A DNA stretch of 64,000 nucleotides from Candidatus Bathyarchaeota archaeon (GTDB lineage: Archaea; Thermoproteota; Bathyarchaeia; Bathyarchaeales; Bathycorpusculaceae), in contig CAWHVC010000001.1 of assembly GCA_963832745.1 (NCBI GenBank), positions 32,001 to 96,000 on the forward strand, in the 5' to 3' direction. The notes under the pieces were generated by a model. It was given only the letters and a program-made list of their open reading frames with translations, was not told the DNA's origin and did no database searches. Numbering within the stretch: position 1 is the stretch's first letter; the number at the start of each line of letters is the position of its first letter. Shown piece after piece: positions 20,328 to 30,899 of the stretch. A program made the translations under genes and the position numbers.

Positions 20328-21515
20328 TTAACTTGACCGAGTGTGAAGTTCAACTACGTCGCCATCATCTAAAACAAAGTTTGAACCAACCTTTTTAGGG
20401 CTAAAAGGCAAACGTTTCGCCCAAACCATCGCAAACAAAAAGTTATACAAAAAATCCTTGTGAATGTTCTTTGCTAAATCGTTAACTGTGGCTCCGCGTT
20501 TAAGTGCAAATGGCCTGCCTGTCTCCGCCTTTGAACCTGGTTCTTTAGTGTAAACACGAATAATTCCCAAACTTTCAAAAACTGTTTTTCCTAAATCGTC
20601 AAGACCCTTTTTTTGTTCACAAGACAATGCAACAACAGGTAATTTTCCATTGACATATTTTTTTAGTATCTTTAGGTTTAACTCGGCGCCTTTTAAATCT
20701 AGCTTGTTTGCAACTATGACTGCTGGCTTGTAAATGGTGGTTTCAAAAATGGCGTTCTCGATATCTTCCAACTTGACATCGCCGCTTATTCTTACTATAG
20801 CGTCATGAATTTTGTATTCTCGAAGTAAATCTTCTACATCACGCATACTGCAGTCAAGTAAGTGACCAACAAGGGTAACTCTTAATGCCAAACCTGCATG
20901 GCGTCTATCAATAACTACGCGTCCTTTCGGCTTGTTTACCAAAACACGACTTTTTTCTAGCTCAGCTAAAATTAAATCTAACTGTTTGATGGGGTCACGT
21001 GATAAGTCAAGCATTAACAGTATTCCATCAGCGTTTCGTGCTAAACCAAGTGTAACGTTACCTGTTCCGCGTCCGTCTGAAGCGCCTTCCATCACTGCTG
21101 GGGCTTCAATGAGTTGGAATTGGACATCGCCATAATTCATTATGCCTGGTACTGGTTCATGCGTGCTGTAAGGGGTAGGTGTAACAATAACTTTTGAGTT
21201 TGTTGTAGCAGTCATCAGGCAGCTTTTGCCAACGTTTGTCATGCCGACTATTGCTATTTGGGCTGATCCTTCTTTTTCGATGAAAAGTTTGGGTCCGCCA
21301 CTGCTTTTGCCTGTGCCCTTACGCTTTTTGTCTTCCAAATCCATTTTAATAGCTGCAATTTTACGGTTCATTTCGCCGCGCAGTTTCATTGTGCCTTTGT
21401 GATGCGGAACATACTTTAGGAATTCAATCATTGCATCCATTTTTTCTTTTGGAGTGCGGGCGGCTTCAACGTCTTCCCATTTATCCATTGCTTCAGGCGG
21501 CAAGTTTGTCGGCAT
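20328..21515 (-). CDS. DRG/OBG-family GTPase with TGS domain
   Basis: MPTNLP start, GMTNVGKS, NKLD, IIRVYTKEPG. Confidence 0.92.
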   Translation of the reverse strand: MPTNLPPEAMDKWEDVEAARTPKEKMDAMIEFLKYVPHHKGTMKLRGEMNRKIAAIKMDLEDKKRKGTGKSSGGPKLFIEKEGSAQIAIVGMTNVGKSCLMTATTNSKVIVTPTPYSTHEPVPGIMNYGDVQFQLIEAPAVMEGASDGRGTGNVTLGLARNADGILLMLDLSRDPIKQLDLILAELEKSRVLVNKPKGRVVIDRRHAGLALRVTLVGHLLDCSMRDVEDLLREYKIHDAIVRISGDVKLEDIENAIFETTIYKPAVIVANKLDLKGAELNLKILKKYVNGKLPVVALSCEQKKGLDDLGKTVFESLGIIRVYTKEPGSKAETGRPFALKRGATVNDLAKNIHKDFLYNFLFAMVWAKRLPFSPKKVGSNFVLDDGDVVELHTRSS

Positions 21516-21704
21516 GTAAACTTCAGCAGAATATACCTCAGGTCAACTTTAAGTCTATTTCGAATTTTATGTAAAGTTTTAACCTAAAAAACGGTTTTCT
21601 AAGAAGCACCACGTTTCAATGTGTACCTAACAATGCTAAAATTAACTGTTTAAAAAACGCAGATTTAAAAGCTGTAACGTTGAAAAGATACCGTGGAATA
21701 AATA

Positions 21705-22157
21705 GTGAATGAGTTTGGCGATCAAGTAGCAAGGCTTAACACTACCGAAGAAACCTACATTGAAACAATTGACGCGCTTATCAGAAAACTTGGATACGCC
21801 GCAGTTACTGACATAGCTAAGGAACTTGAGGTTAAATCCCCAAGCGTAACAAGCATGCTGAAAAAACTTGATGCCGTCGGCTTCGTTAAATACACGCCTT
21901 ACCGTAACGTCACCTTAACCCAAAATGGCAAAGACCTTGCATCCTACCTGCGCAAACGGCAAAGACCTCTTCAAGCATTTTTAACTATGCTTGGTGTGCC
22001 TGCGGAAGTCGCTGAAGAAGACGCCTGCGAAATTGAACATGTCCTTCACTCTTCAACGCTTGATGCACTTTCAAAGTTTGTAGACTTCATCCAAAATGGT
22101 CCAGGCAGCAGTTGCCTTGAAAGCTTTAAAAACTATGAAACCCCAAAGAAATCTTAA
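21705..22157 (+). CDS. DtxR/MntR metal-dependent regulator
   Basis: EETYIETI, DIAKELEVKSPSVTSMLKKL, EEDACEIEH. Confidence 0.92.
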   Translation: MNEFGDQVARLNTTEETYIETIDALIRKLGYAAVTDIAKELEVKSPSVTSMLKKLDAVGFVKYTPYRNVTLTQNGKDLASYLRKRQRPLQAFLTMLGVPAEVAEEDACEIEHVLHSSTLDALSKFVDFIQNGPGSSCLESFKNYETPKKS

Positions 22158-22168
22158 AAAGATTATTT

Positions 22169-22819
22169 TTGAGGGGTTTGACTGTTATGGGTTTAGGATG
22201 GAAAGATTGGACTAAAACAGACGTTATTTATGGTATTATAGTTCCCGTTATTGTTGGTTTTTTGATTGTAGGTGTTTCCCAGTTAAGCTCGCTTTTTAGT
22301 GGTGACGCTTTTGGGATAGTTGTTGGCTTAACAAGCGAAATAGAAGAACTCTTAGTTATAGTTGCCATTCCCCTTATGTTTGGGCTGGTTTGGAACCGTT
22401 GGGCAGGAGGTGCTGCAGGTTTCATAATGGGCACCTTTTACGCTTTAGCCTTTGCCACCAAACTACCTGGCGCAATGGGCGTTGGGCGCGATTACATGAT
22501 GTCCGCTTATTTGGGTCTTGGCCCCGTCATGCTTGGCTACGTTATTAGCGCGATGCTGATTGGTTACATGGCTGGTGCTTTGCTTAAAAACTCTGAAGAC
22601 TTCAAACGACTGCTTTTCGTGAGCCTGCTAACAACAACTGTTGTTGGTGTTGTCTTGTTTGGAATCTATCAGGTTTCACCCACAAACGTGGTGTTGGGTC
22701 TTAGCGGCTTCTTGCTTACGGTGCTTGCAAGGACTGCCACAGGCGCAATAGTTGCCGTGCTTGCTAAAGTGGCCATGTGGTATGGTATAGCAATGAAACG
22801 GCAAACGGGTTACCATTAA
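22169..22819 (+). CDS. multi-pass membrane protein (ECF S-component-like)
   Basis: about 6 TM helices, GLVW..WAGGAAGF; likely start ATG 22187. Confidence 0.7.
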   Translation: MRGLTVMGLGWKDWTKTDVIYGIIVPVIVGFLIVGVSQLSSLFSGDAFGIVVGLTSEIEELLVIVAIPLMFGLVWNRWAGGAAGFIMGTFYALAFATKLPGAMGVGRDYMMSAYLGLGPVMLGYVISAMLIGYMAGALLKNSEDFKRLLFVSLLTTTVVGVVLFGIYQVSPTNVVLGLSGFLLTVLARTATGAIVAVLAKVAMWYGIAMKRQTGYH

Positions 22820-22886
22820 AAAGCCTGTCTATCCTCAAATTTTTTCTTTGACCTGCGTTTATCTCAAAAAAGCAGTTCTTTTTTGG

Positions 22887-23078
22887 TTATTTGTATTTTT
22901 CAAACACAAGTATGACCAACCCTACTATTTGCAATTCAAATCCTACTGCTAAAGCCCGCAGGTCAACAACGCTGATTAACAAATTTGAAACGACAAGTAA
23001 GGCGCCTATAACTAGAAGGAAGGCTGCAATTAACAGCAAAGGTTTGGATTTAGTCTCAGTTTCAGTGCTTTGCTTCAC
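22887..23078 (-). CDS. small two-TM membrane protein
   Basis: GGAGAGGA RBS, hydrophobic helices, downstream of HD gene. Confidence 0.65.
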   Translation of the reverse strand: MKQSTETETKSKPLLLIAAFLLVIGALLVVSNLLISVVDLRALAVGFELQIVGLVILVFEKYK

Positions 23079-23093
23079 TACTTTGTCCTCTCC

Positions 23094-23582
23094 TTAATTT
23101 ATGGTTTCATTTTTTCTTTTTGCCAACCAATTTTTAGCCAGTTCTTGCCCCTTCTTTGAGTAAATCAAAGCAACAATCTTGTTCCAATCAAAACCTTCCT
23201 GGGCATTATAGTAAGCAAACTCCTGTGGCGTAAACATTACCAGTTTATCCGCGTCGTAAAGTGCCTGAAATGGCTCTGATGGGTTGTCTGGGTGGTCGTG
23301 GTGTGTGGCGATTATTAGGCAGACTTGGCGGATGAAGCTGTCTTTGCAGTCTAGCTGCTTTAAAAGTTGTGTGGCGATTGCGGGGCCTTTCTCGTACTGG
23401 TCTTTAATTGAGCAGCCGCCGATGTCATGTAGGATGATTGAGGCGTAGGTTAACTCTTGTAGTGGGGGTGCTACTGGGAAATGCTCTTTTGCAATGTCAA
23501 AAACGCGTTGGGTGTGTGAGACGCCGAAGTCGTTTTTTTCAAGGATTGGGGTTGCAAGCTGGAAAAGTCTGTTAATATCCAA
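23094..23582 (-). CDS. HD-domain phosphohydrolase
   Basis: HTQRV, ILHDIG, HH, DADKL. Confidence 0.9.
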   Translation of the reverse strand: MDINRLFQLATPILEKNDFGVSHTQRVFDIAKEHFPVAPPLQELTYASIILHDIGGCSIKDQYEKGPAIATQLLKQLDCKDSFIRQVCLIIATHHDHPDNPSEPFQALYDADKLVMFTPQEFAYYNAQEGFDWNKIVALIYSKKGQELAKNWLAKRKNETIN

Positions 23583-23733
23583 TGTTCTGCCTCTGCTTGG
23601 GTTTGGGGGTTTGGTTGGATAAAGCTGTTTCGATTCCCCGTTAAGGTATTTTTTTACTTCTTTTTGTTGTCTTCTCCATCTTTTCTTTGAAATTCAAAAA
23701 AGCCTTTAAGCGAAAACCAGTTTACTGTCGCTT

Positions 23734-24849
23734 ATGGAAAGAACAGTGTCAGGCTTACTTCTGCTATTTTCAGTCTGTTTATTAGTTAGTGCCTGTTTTG
23801 TTGGGTCAGCTTCAGCCAATTTCACCCATTATTATCCTCCAAACTTGACAATTCTATCTCCAAAAGAAAACGATGTTTACAATTCAAATGTTCCCTTGGT
23901 TCTTAACATAACTCTAACTCCTAAACTGACCGGGTGGGAAACATTAACCAATCTTACCTATAGTTTGGATGAACACTCCACGGTTGCCTTGCCGCTATTA
24001 GACAAAGATGTAGAAAGCAACAATTACCTTACCGATGTACTATACAGTTTAAATGACGGAGCCCACACCCTTACTGTTTCAGGCTTAACAAACTTTGGAA
24101 ACGCTTTTAATTCAACAGTTAACTTCCAAGTAAAAGCCCAACCTGCCGACAGCACACCCCTGCAGATTATACCGTTAACCCCAACAAACACGACTTACCT
24201 TGGCAGTGTAGTAACGCTGAATTTTAGGGTTAACAAGCCAATCCTGTGGGCACAATACAGTCTTAACAATGCTGAAAAAGTCGCCATAATAGCAAACATC
24301 ACCCGATTTAGCTGCAATTTGGGCACTAACAACATCACGTTATATGCCGCTGACGAGCAAGGCAACGTTGTAGCTTCAGAAATAGTAACCTTCACAACGT
24401 TTCTGTTCCTCTATAACTCTCAGCACAATCAATTATTGCCAACACCGCTCAAACCTATAATATCTTTGGTTGAACCTCAAAACTCAATCTATGCCCAAAG
24501 TAGAGTTCCCTTGACCTTTACAATTAATCAGCCCGTTATTTTGGACCCAACAATGCTTAATTTCTCATTGGGTGGGTTAACAGCCACTTATCCCGATGTG
24601 TCTTGGGTCGGTTACAGTTTAGATGGGCAAACCAACAAAACAGTCATCGGCAACATTACCCTTTCGGGTTTAACAAGCGGAACCCACAATGTTACAGTCT
24701 ACGCAGAAGACGTCTACGGCAATATTGGCTCTTCAGAAACAATATTTTTCACAGTAGAGCTGTCTTTTCCAACTGTCGCTGTTATTGTTGGCGTCTCAAC
24801 AGTACTTATCCTATGCACCGTTTCCATAGTTTACCTAAAAAAACGTTAA
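23734..24849 (+). CDS. surface protein with three Ig-like repeats
   Basis: signal peptide; repeated YSLD...G.H..TV.A.D..GN units; C-terminal TM-KKR. Confidence 0.87.
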   Translation: MERTVSGLLLLFSVCLLVSACFVGSASANFTHYYPPNLTILSPKENDVYNSNVPLVLNITLTPKLTGWETLTNLTYSLDEHSTVALPLLDKDVESNNYLTDVLYSLNDGAHTLTVSGLTNFGNAFNSTVNFQVKAQPADSTPLQIIPLTPTNTTYLGSVVTLNFRVNKPILWAQYSLNNAEKVAIIANITRFSCNLGTNNITLYAADEQGNVVASEIVTFTTFLFLYNSQHNQLLPTPLKPIISLVEPQNSIYAQSRVPLTFTINQPVILDPTMLNFSLGGLTATYPDVSWVGYSLDGQTNKTVIGNITLSGLTSGTHNVTVYAEDVYGNIGSSETIFFTVELSFPTVAVIVGVSTVLILCTVSIVYLKKR

Positions 24850-24902
24850 CTTGCCCTTAAGGCGTGTTTTTATCATTAAACATAAAAACGTCTGTGTAAG
24901 AC

Positions 24903-26102
24903 ATGTATGGCATGGGTAAGTTTCGTTTAGCCGTATTTAACACGCAGCCGCCCCACCTGTACAGGGGAGGCGTGGAAAGGCGCATAATGGAAACTACCCG
25001 CCTACTTAACAATCAAGCTGACATTACAATTTATAGCGGTACAAAAGCAGGATTTAAAACTCAGACAAACCTGCAAGGAGTAAATTTTGTTCCCCTCAAC
25101 TCTACCGATAAAGTTTACCCAATCGACAATTGGACTTTCAATCGAACCATAGCTTCAACTGCCTTTAACATGGATATTTACGAAGCACACAACGACAACG
25201 GCTATGGACTCCTAAAATCATTCAAAAGCTTGACCGCAAAAAAACCGTTCATACATACGATTCACGGCGTTTTGGCAGACGAGTTTGAACAGGCAAAACT
25301 TAACGGTCATGTGTCCTTCCGTGGCAGGGTTGCAAACCGTTTCATGGCGCGTCTTGCTCGACTTGAAGGCGAAACCGCTAAAGAGGCTGACTTAATCGTA
25401 ACCATCAGCAAGTATTCTTTAAAGAAAATGCAGAAATTCTACGACGTTGACCCTTCAAAAGTGCGAATTGTGCCAAACGGAGTTGACCCAGAAAAGTACA
25501 AGTCTGTTGTGAATCAAGGTGCGCTTAAACAGCTACTGGGTTTTGGTGAGGCGCCTGTGGTGCTTTTCGTGGGCAGCTTGATACCTCGCAAAGGCTTGCC
25601 GTCCTTGGTTGAAGCAGCAAAACAAGTAGTTAAAACACAGCCAAGCACGCGATTTGTTATTGTTGGTGATGGACCATTAAAAACCCAGTTAACCGGCAGT
25701 TTGGCGGCAGCTAACCTGACAGGCAACTTTACCTTCAAAAGCGGCTTAACTGAAGAAGAACTCGCCGCAATGTACGGTTGCGCTGACGTATTTGTGTTGC
25801 CGTCAATTCAGGAAGGCCAAGGTATCGTACTGCTTGAAGCCTCTGCGTCGGAAAAGCCTGTTGTAGCCTTCAACATTGGCGGAGTAAACGAGGTAGTCAT
25901 TAACGGTGAAACGGGTTTGCTGGCAAGCCGCGGAAGCGTTGACGAATTGACTGAAGCGCTACAGAAACTTTTAGGTGACGCCGATTTGCGAAGACGGATG
26001 GGTTCTGCTGGACGCCGTTTTGTTGTAGAGAATTTTACGTGGGATGTTTGTGCCCAAAAAATGCTTGAAGTCTACCGGGAAGCCTTAGATTTTACGGCTT
26101 GA
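24903..26102 (+). CDS. glycosyltransferase family 4
   Basis: GGVE, VPNGVD, RKG, EGQGIVLLEA. Confidence 0.95.
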   Translation: MYGMGKFRLAVFNTQPPHLYRGGVERRIMETTRLLNNQADITIYSGTKAGFKTQTNLQGVNFVPLNSTDKVYPIDNWTFNRTIASTAFNMDIYEAHNDNGYGLLKSFKSLTAKKPFIHTIHGVLADEFEQAKLNGHVSFRGRVANRFMARLARLEGETAKEADLIVTISKYSLKKMQKFYDVDPSKVRIVPNGVDPEKYKSVVNQGALKQLLGFGEAPVVLFVGSLIPRKGLPSLVEAAKQVVKTQPSTRFVIVGDGPLKTQLTGSLAAANLTGNFTFKSGLTEEELAAMYGCADVFVLPSIQEGQGIVLLEASASEKPVVAFNIGGVNEVVINGETGLLASRGSVDELTEALQKLLGDADLRRRMGSAGRRFVVENFTWDVCAQKMLEVYREALDFTA

Positions 26103-26623
26103 ACGTTAACTCCAACTGATTTTGCCAGTCGTCTAAAGTCTGAGTCGCTTATCCATTCAGCTTTCAGGTAATGACAAATGCGGTCTTCCTGAAGCCCAAT
26201 GCGTCTTGCCTCCTGCACTGTGTAGCAGTATGCTTCAATTTCTGTTGGCCTGTCAACATAAGCGTAATTGGGGTCAAAGAGTTCTTTGCCTTCCATAAAC
26301 TGTTTGACGTGACATAATTCATGGATTAGGTCCAGGTAAATGTCGGTTTTGTTGCCTTTTTGGAGGTAATTTTTACTTATTACTATATGCCCATCGTCGC
26401 CGTCAACGTACATGTAACCGTTTACCCAGCTGAATTCAACTTTTAGGCTGCTTAAGACTTCGCTGGTTTTTTCTCCAAAAATTCCCTGAACAGCCTCCAC
26501 CTTGTCAAATCCTTTAAAATACTCCAGAAACAATCCGTTGGTGTTCCCAACGTTTAGCAGGTTCACTGGAAGCTTACGCAATAAACGCATGATTCTAAAC
26601 ATTAACTGTTCTACTGAGGCCAA
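26072..26623 (-). CDS. zincin-like HExxH protein
   Basis: LIHELCHVKQ and downstream EIEAY. Confidence 0.75.
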   Translation of the reverse strand: MASVEQLMFRIMRLLRKLPVNLLNVGNTNGLFLEYFKGFDKVEAVQGIFGEKTSEVLSSLKVEFSWVNGYMYVDGDDGHIVISKNYLQKGNKTDIYLDLIHELCHVKQFMEGKELFDPNYAYVDRPTEIEAYCYTVQEARRIGLQEDRICHYLKAEWISDSDFRRLAKSVGVNVQAVKSKASR

Positions 26624-26637
26624 CTATCCTTTTGCTC

Positions 26638-27993
26638 CTACTTAAATTCTGAAAGATACTCAAGCCACATTCCCATCCCAACCAAATCATCAATGTTAAT
26701 TGTGCCGACACTGGCGTCAATATTTTGGCGAACAGGGTTCCTCCACATGCCATCTGGTACCAAATTAAACTGCAAGGGAACCTTGCAACGTAAACCAAAC
26801 TTTTCAGCCAACCCCGGAATCAACGTTCCCTCGTTGCAGGCTTTATGAGCTGAAATGTAAGTTTGCAAAAGCTGTGGAGACGCAAATTTGCCTACTCCGT
26901 GCCATACCGCTGCGTCTTCTGGTGAAGCTAAAGCATACAGGAAAAACTGTGGTGAAGAAGGAGTTTCAGTGTAATTGTAGTCTGCAAGTTTTTCGCCTGT
27001 CACTGTGAAATCGTCGTCGCTTTGCGCTGTTGATATGTCTTTGGGGTCTATGCCGTTTGGGTAAAGCGCGGTGGTTTTGTATTTTACTGTAACGTTTGAT
27101 AGTTTGTTGTCGTCAAAATGGATTTTGCCGTGGGCTGCACGTTTTGAACCGTACCCTTTTTTTGAGTGTGGAACCGTGAGCAGTGTGGTGCGTTTAGTCA
27201 TGCTTCTTCCCATGCAGTTGTATGCTTGCTCAATTGATTGGTAACTTTGATGTGCTTTACTGATTATGTAATGAATCACGTCATCCTTCTTTTCTGCTTG
27301 AAGCGTGGATAAAGGCATACGTAAAGCGTAAAGTGAAAGGTTTATGCCGAAAACTTTCGATAACTCTTCAAGTTGCCTAAACTTAACAGCATCCACAAAA
27401 TCCATGTAACTGTCAGTGCGCAAAAGCTCTTCATCTATTATTTCAGCCTCACCTTTAGAGATTAATGTGCCCTCATACTTTTTCACAAACGTTTTGTCAA
27501 CTTTAAGTTGCCCTGTTTTGATGTTGGCTGCTGGAAAAGCGCTTTGCCCGCTGTCAATTATTGACTGTTTTAAAGGGTTAATTGAGTAACGGTCCGCTTC
27601 TACATCATCAGTGTTAAGTAGGAACGGTACCACGTAACCGCTTGGCGGCTTTTTCAGTTCCTCGCATAAGTTGCGGACATCCTCTTCTGTTGGTTGATGC
27701 ATTTCGGTTTCAAGACAATAATTTGCGCATGTTTGAAGCAGGCGTGTGCCGATTATGCCTTGAATTTCCTCCGCGGTTAACTGGGGATTTGTGTACTCGA
27801 CTGAACCGCGTAAATAAAAATGGTCATCCTCAAATGGGGTGCAGGTTTTTTTGCCGTCAACAAACCGGAAAAGAGTTACTTTTTGGCTTGTTTTTTCTTT
27901 TTTACGGTTATGTGCGTTTTCAGCTAACGCTTTAGCTGCCGGCATAGACTTGGCTAAAAAACTTTTAACTAGGCGGTAACAATTATCAGGCAT
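26638..27993 (-). CDS. hypothetical protein (451 aa, soluble)
   Basis: long ORF in a tight operon; no family recognised. Confidence 0.85.
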   Translation of the reverse strand: MPDNCYRLVKSFLAKSMPAAKALAENAHNRKKEKTSQKVTLFRFVDGKKTCTPFEDDHFYLRGSVEYTNPQLTAEEIQGIIGTRLLQTCANYCLETEMHQPTEEDVRNLCEELKKPPSGYVVPFLLNTDDVEADRYSINPLKQSIIDSGQSAFPAANIKTGQLKVDKTFVKKYEGTLISKGEAEIIDEELLRTDSYMDFVDAVKFRQLEELSKVFGINLSLYALRMPLSTLQAEKKDDVIHYIISKAHQSYQSIEQAYNCMGRSMTKRTTLLTVPHSKKGYGSKRAAHGKIHFDDNKLSNVTVKYKTTALYPNGIDPKDISTAQSDDDFTVTGEKLADYNYTETPSSPQFFLYALASPEDAAVWHGVGKFASPQLLQTYISAHKACNEGTLIPGLAEKFGLRCKVPLQFNLVPDGMWRNPVRQNIDASVGTINIDDLVGMGMWLEYLSEFK

Positions 27994-28002
27994 AAATCGG
28001 TC

Positions 28003-28848
28003 TTATCCTCGTTCCAATGATTCAGCAAGGTGAATACTGTTTTGAATCTTTGGCATACCTAAAAACATTCTTGACAAAGAAAAATCTTTTTGAAATCCCG
28101 CGTCCAATAAAAATTCTTGAATGCCTTTTTGGTTTTGGTTATGAGGCAAATAAAGTGCAACACGTTTGCTCTCTAACCCGGTAAGCACCGTTTTTAGAAG
28201 GTCAAGCGCTACCCTTGGCTTGTCTTGGCTGCAAACAAGTGGTCCAACCTCCGCCATGTTCTCATACGTTTTAGATAAAATGTATCCTTCAACTTCTTTG
28301 CCGTCCATTGAAGCATAACAGAGATTATTTTTTTCTTGCATTATACTTTTTAGCAATCGTGACCTGTCAGCGCCGAAGAATTCGCTGTCAAAACGGTTTA
28401 TCGCCGAAAAATCTGGTTGTGTTTCAAGCTTGGGTAGTTTCCAATTGCCTGCTTGGACTTTGTTGTTATGCATGACGGTTAGGTCTATATCGGGTTTGAA
28501 GCCTGATTTGCCGTAGAACTCTTTAAGATGTTGATAAGCGTATAACCCGATGGTTTCTACACCATTATCTTTTAGGTAGTTTATGGCGTGCTCAAGAATC
28601 AGGTGTCCTGCGCCATGCTTTCGTTGCTCTTTTTTAACAATTAGGTTTCCAAACCAGCCTACCCTGCCGAAACTTATGCAGGTCGCTATCCCCACCGGCT
28701 CTAAGTCATTAAACAGTACCAGACAGCCTTCAGGTTCAAGGGTTTGATTAAACCTGAAATCCGCTATCTCCATGCCCCAGTCCATAGTGTTAGCTAAATC
28801 AACTGCAAAACCGTAATCCTTAGCAGTCATAACTTTAACTTGAAGCAT
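28003..28848 (-). CDS. GNAT N-acetyltransferase (two-domain)
   Basis: GWFGNLIV..EQRKHGAG, FYGKSGF, EVGPLV. Confidence 0.9.
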   Translation of the reverse strand: MLQVKVMTAKDYGFAVDLANTMDWGMEIADFRFNQTLEPEGCLVLFNDLEPVGIATCISFGRVGWFGNLIVKKEQRKHGAGHLILEHAINYLKDNGVETIGLYAYQHLKEFYGKSGFKPDIDLTVMHNNKVQAGNWKLPKLETQPDFSAINRFDSEFFGADRSRLLKSIMQEKNNLCYASMDGKEVEGYILSKTYENMAEVGPLVCSQDKPRVALDLLKTVLTGLESKRVALYLPHNQNQKGIQEFLLDAGFQKDFSLSRMFLGMPKIQNSIHLAESLERG

Positions 28849-28952
28849 AATTAGTTAATGCGGTTTTGAGCAATTAAGGTTATAGAAACGGCTTTATGTT
28901 CGGAATTTAATAGATTCATAGTTTTATAGCGTCGTTTTTTGAAGGTTGCAAA

Positions 28953-29738
28953 ATGACTTTTAATGCTTTTTTTAGTAGCTTCAAAGTTAGAGTTGTTTTT
29001 CTTATTTCGGTTTGGATTCTGCTTTTCGTTTTTTCCATGTCAATGTTGCCTCTGCTTTTAAACTCGTACGCGGATAATGAGCAGGTTCAAAGCGTAGTCA
29101 GTTTGACATGGTCTGGGTATGTTGTTGCCTCCGATTTTTCGTCTCCTCAGCCTGAACTTATCGGTGTAAACGCTTCTTGGATTGTGCCTTCTGTTGCTGT
29201 TTCGTTGGGGAACACGTATTCGTCAGCGTGGATTGGCATAGGTGGACAGTTTGATACTTCGCTGATTCAAATCGGAACCGAACATGACTCGGTTAATGGT
29301 CAAGAAAGAATTACTGCATGGTATGAACTGTTGCCGAATTATGCCATAAATATTCCAATGAGCGTTTCAGAAGGTGACTTAATTTCTGCTTCTATAAACT
29401 TGATAAATAATGAAACTAACTTGTGGCTTTTACAGTTAACCGACTTGACAACCGGCGAAAGCTTCAACAAAAACGTAAATTACAATTCAACCCGCCTTTC
29501 AGCTGAATGGATAGTTGAACGACCAACCCTGAATGGTCAAATTAGTTACCTGTCAAATTTTGGCGACATAGCCTTCAAAGAAGCATATGTTAACATTAAC
29601 CAAACAATTGTTTCAATAGGCGACGCCCCGTTTTCTCAAATACACTTAACTGACCATCAAAATACTCAGTTAACAACTGTTTCCCAAATTAACCCTGATG
29701 GCAAAAGCTTCACTGTGCAATACATCGCTGGTGGTTAA
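28953..29738 (+). CDS. G1-family glutamic endopeptidase
   Basis: WSGY, SAWIGIGG, LIQIGTE, AWYE, SAEWIVE. Confidence 0.9.
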   Translation: MTFNAFFSSFKVRVVFLISVWILLFVFSMSMLPLLLNSYADNEQVQSVVSLTWSGYVVASDFSSPQPELIGVNASWIVPSVAVSLGNTYSSAWIGIGGQFDTSLIQIGTEHDSVNGQERITAWYELLPNYAINIPMSVSEGDLISASINLINNETNLWLLQLTDLTTGESFNKNVNYNSTRLSAEWIVERPTLNGQISYLSNFGDIAFKEAYVNINQTIVSIGDAPFSQIHLTDHQNTQLTTVSQINPDGKSFTVQYIAGG

Positions 29739-30799
29739 CGGTTTTTAGCTTCCTCATACAGGTTGCTTATGCATTCACTTGTTACAACGCCAACAATTTT
29801 AGCTGGTTCTGTGGGGTTGATTACTGGAATTAAATCGATTTTTTCCCTATTCATTATTTTGTTTGCTTCCAAAACTGGGTCGTTTGGCGAAACAAGTATG
29901 CTTTTCAACGGCATTTGTTCAACACGCAAAATGGTTCTTTGTTCAGGCTTAATCTTCATAAGCTCACTCCAATTAACAACTCCTTGAAAGGCGCCGTCTT
30001 TTTCAACTAAAGCGTCATGATAACGGTTTTTAAACATGACTTCCAACGTTTCAGCGATGCTTTGCTGAGGGTTTACAGTGCCAATATCAGTTCGCATGAC
30101 GTCTTTCACTCTGATTCCGGCAAGTTTTGTGGAAATGATGGTTTGTTCACCTTCTTCGCTGGCTCCAATGTAAACAAAAATGCCAACTAAAATTAGCAGG
30201 AAATAGGCTGGAAAAATAAATCCTGCGATAATCATTACGATTCCCAAGATTCTGCCTACATACACTGCGTACCTTGTTGCGTCTGCATATTTTACGTGTT
30301 CAGCTAGCAACGCTCGGAAGACTCTGCCGCCGTCCATTGGAAAAGCTGGAATCAAATTAAAAACGCCAAGAAGTATGTTAAGCGTGGCTAAGTCTATTAC
30401 AAAGTTTCCAGTGATAGTTGAAGCTGATATACTGCTGATTAGACCCGGAGAAATTAGTATGCCTATCCCGAGTAGTGCTGCCCCTAAGATTAGGCTTGTA
30501 AGGGGTCCTGCAACTGCCATGCGCCATTCTTGGGATGGATTGTCCGGGATTTCTTCTATTTCGGATACTCCGCCGATTGGGTAAAGAATGATTTTTCGAA
30601 CTTTTATGCCGTAATGTCTTGCTACTACGGAGTGGGCAAGTTCATGAAAAACCACGAAAACGAAGAGAAACAGGACTAAAAAGAATGGATAAAACATTGG
30701 GTATGAAAGAATGAAAACCGCTGCAATTAGAAGTATAAACGTGAGGTGTAGTTCAATGGGAATCCCCCAAGCTGAACCAATCTTAAAAGAATACTTCAT
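29735..30799 (-). CDS. site-2 protease (M50) with CBS pair
   Basis: HELAH, AGP, FNLIPAFPMDGGR, CBS domains. Confidence 0.95.
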   Translation of the reverse strand: MKYSFKIGSAWGIPIELHLTFILLIAAVFILSYPMFYPFFLVLFLFVFVVFHELAHSVVARHYGIKVRKIILYPIGGVSEIEEIPDNPSQEWRMAVAGPLTSLILGAALLGIGILISPGLISSISASTITGNFVIDLATLNILLGVFNLIPAFPMDGGRVFRALLAEHVKYADATRYAVYVGRILGIVMIIAGFIFPAYFLLILVGIFVYIGASEEGEQTIISTKLAGIRVKDVMRTDIGTVNPQQSIAETLEVMFKNRYHDALVEKDGAFQGVVNWSELMKIKPEQRTILRVEQMPLKSILVSPNDPVLEANKIMNREKIDLIPVINPTEPAKIVGVVTSECISNLYEEAKNR

Positions 30800-30899
30800 A
30801 CGGTAAAATGGCTATAGAGGGTTTTTATAATTTCCTATTAAGCGTCAACTGGTCTGCAATATAGATAATAATGGCTTTTATCAAAATATTTTTGAGGTA

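Noticed and set aside
21574-21640. DtxR-type operator
   Set aside because: Only ACCTAA half-sites, no convincing palindrome
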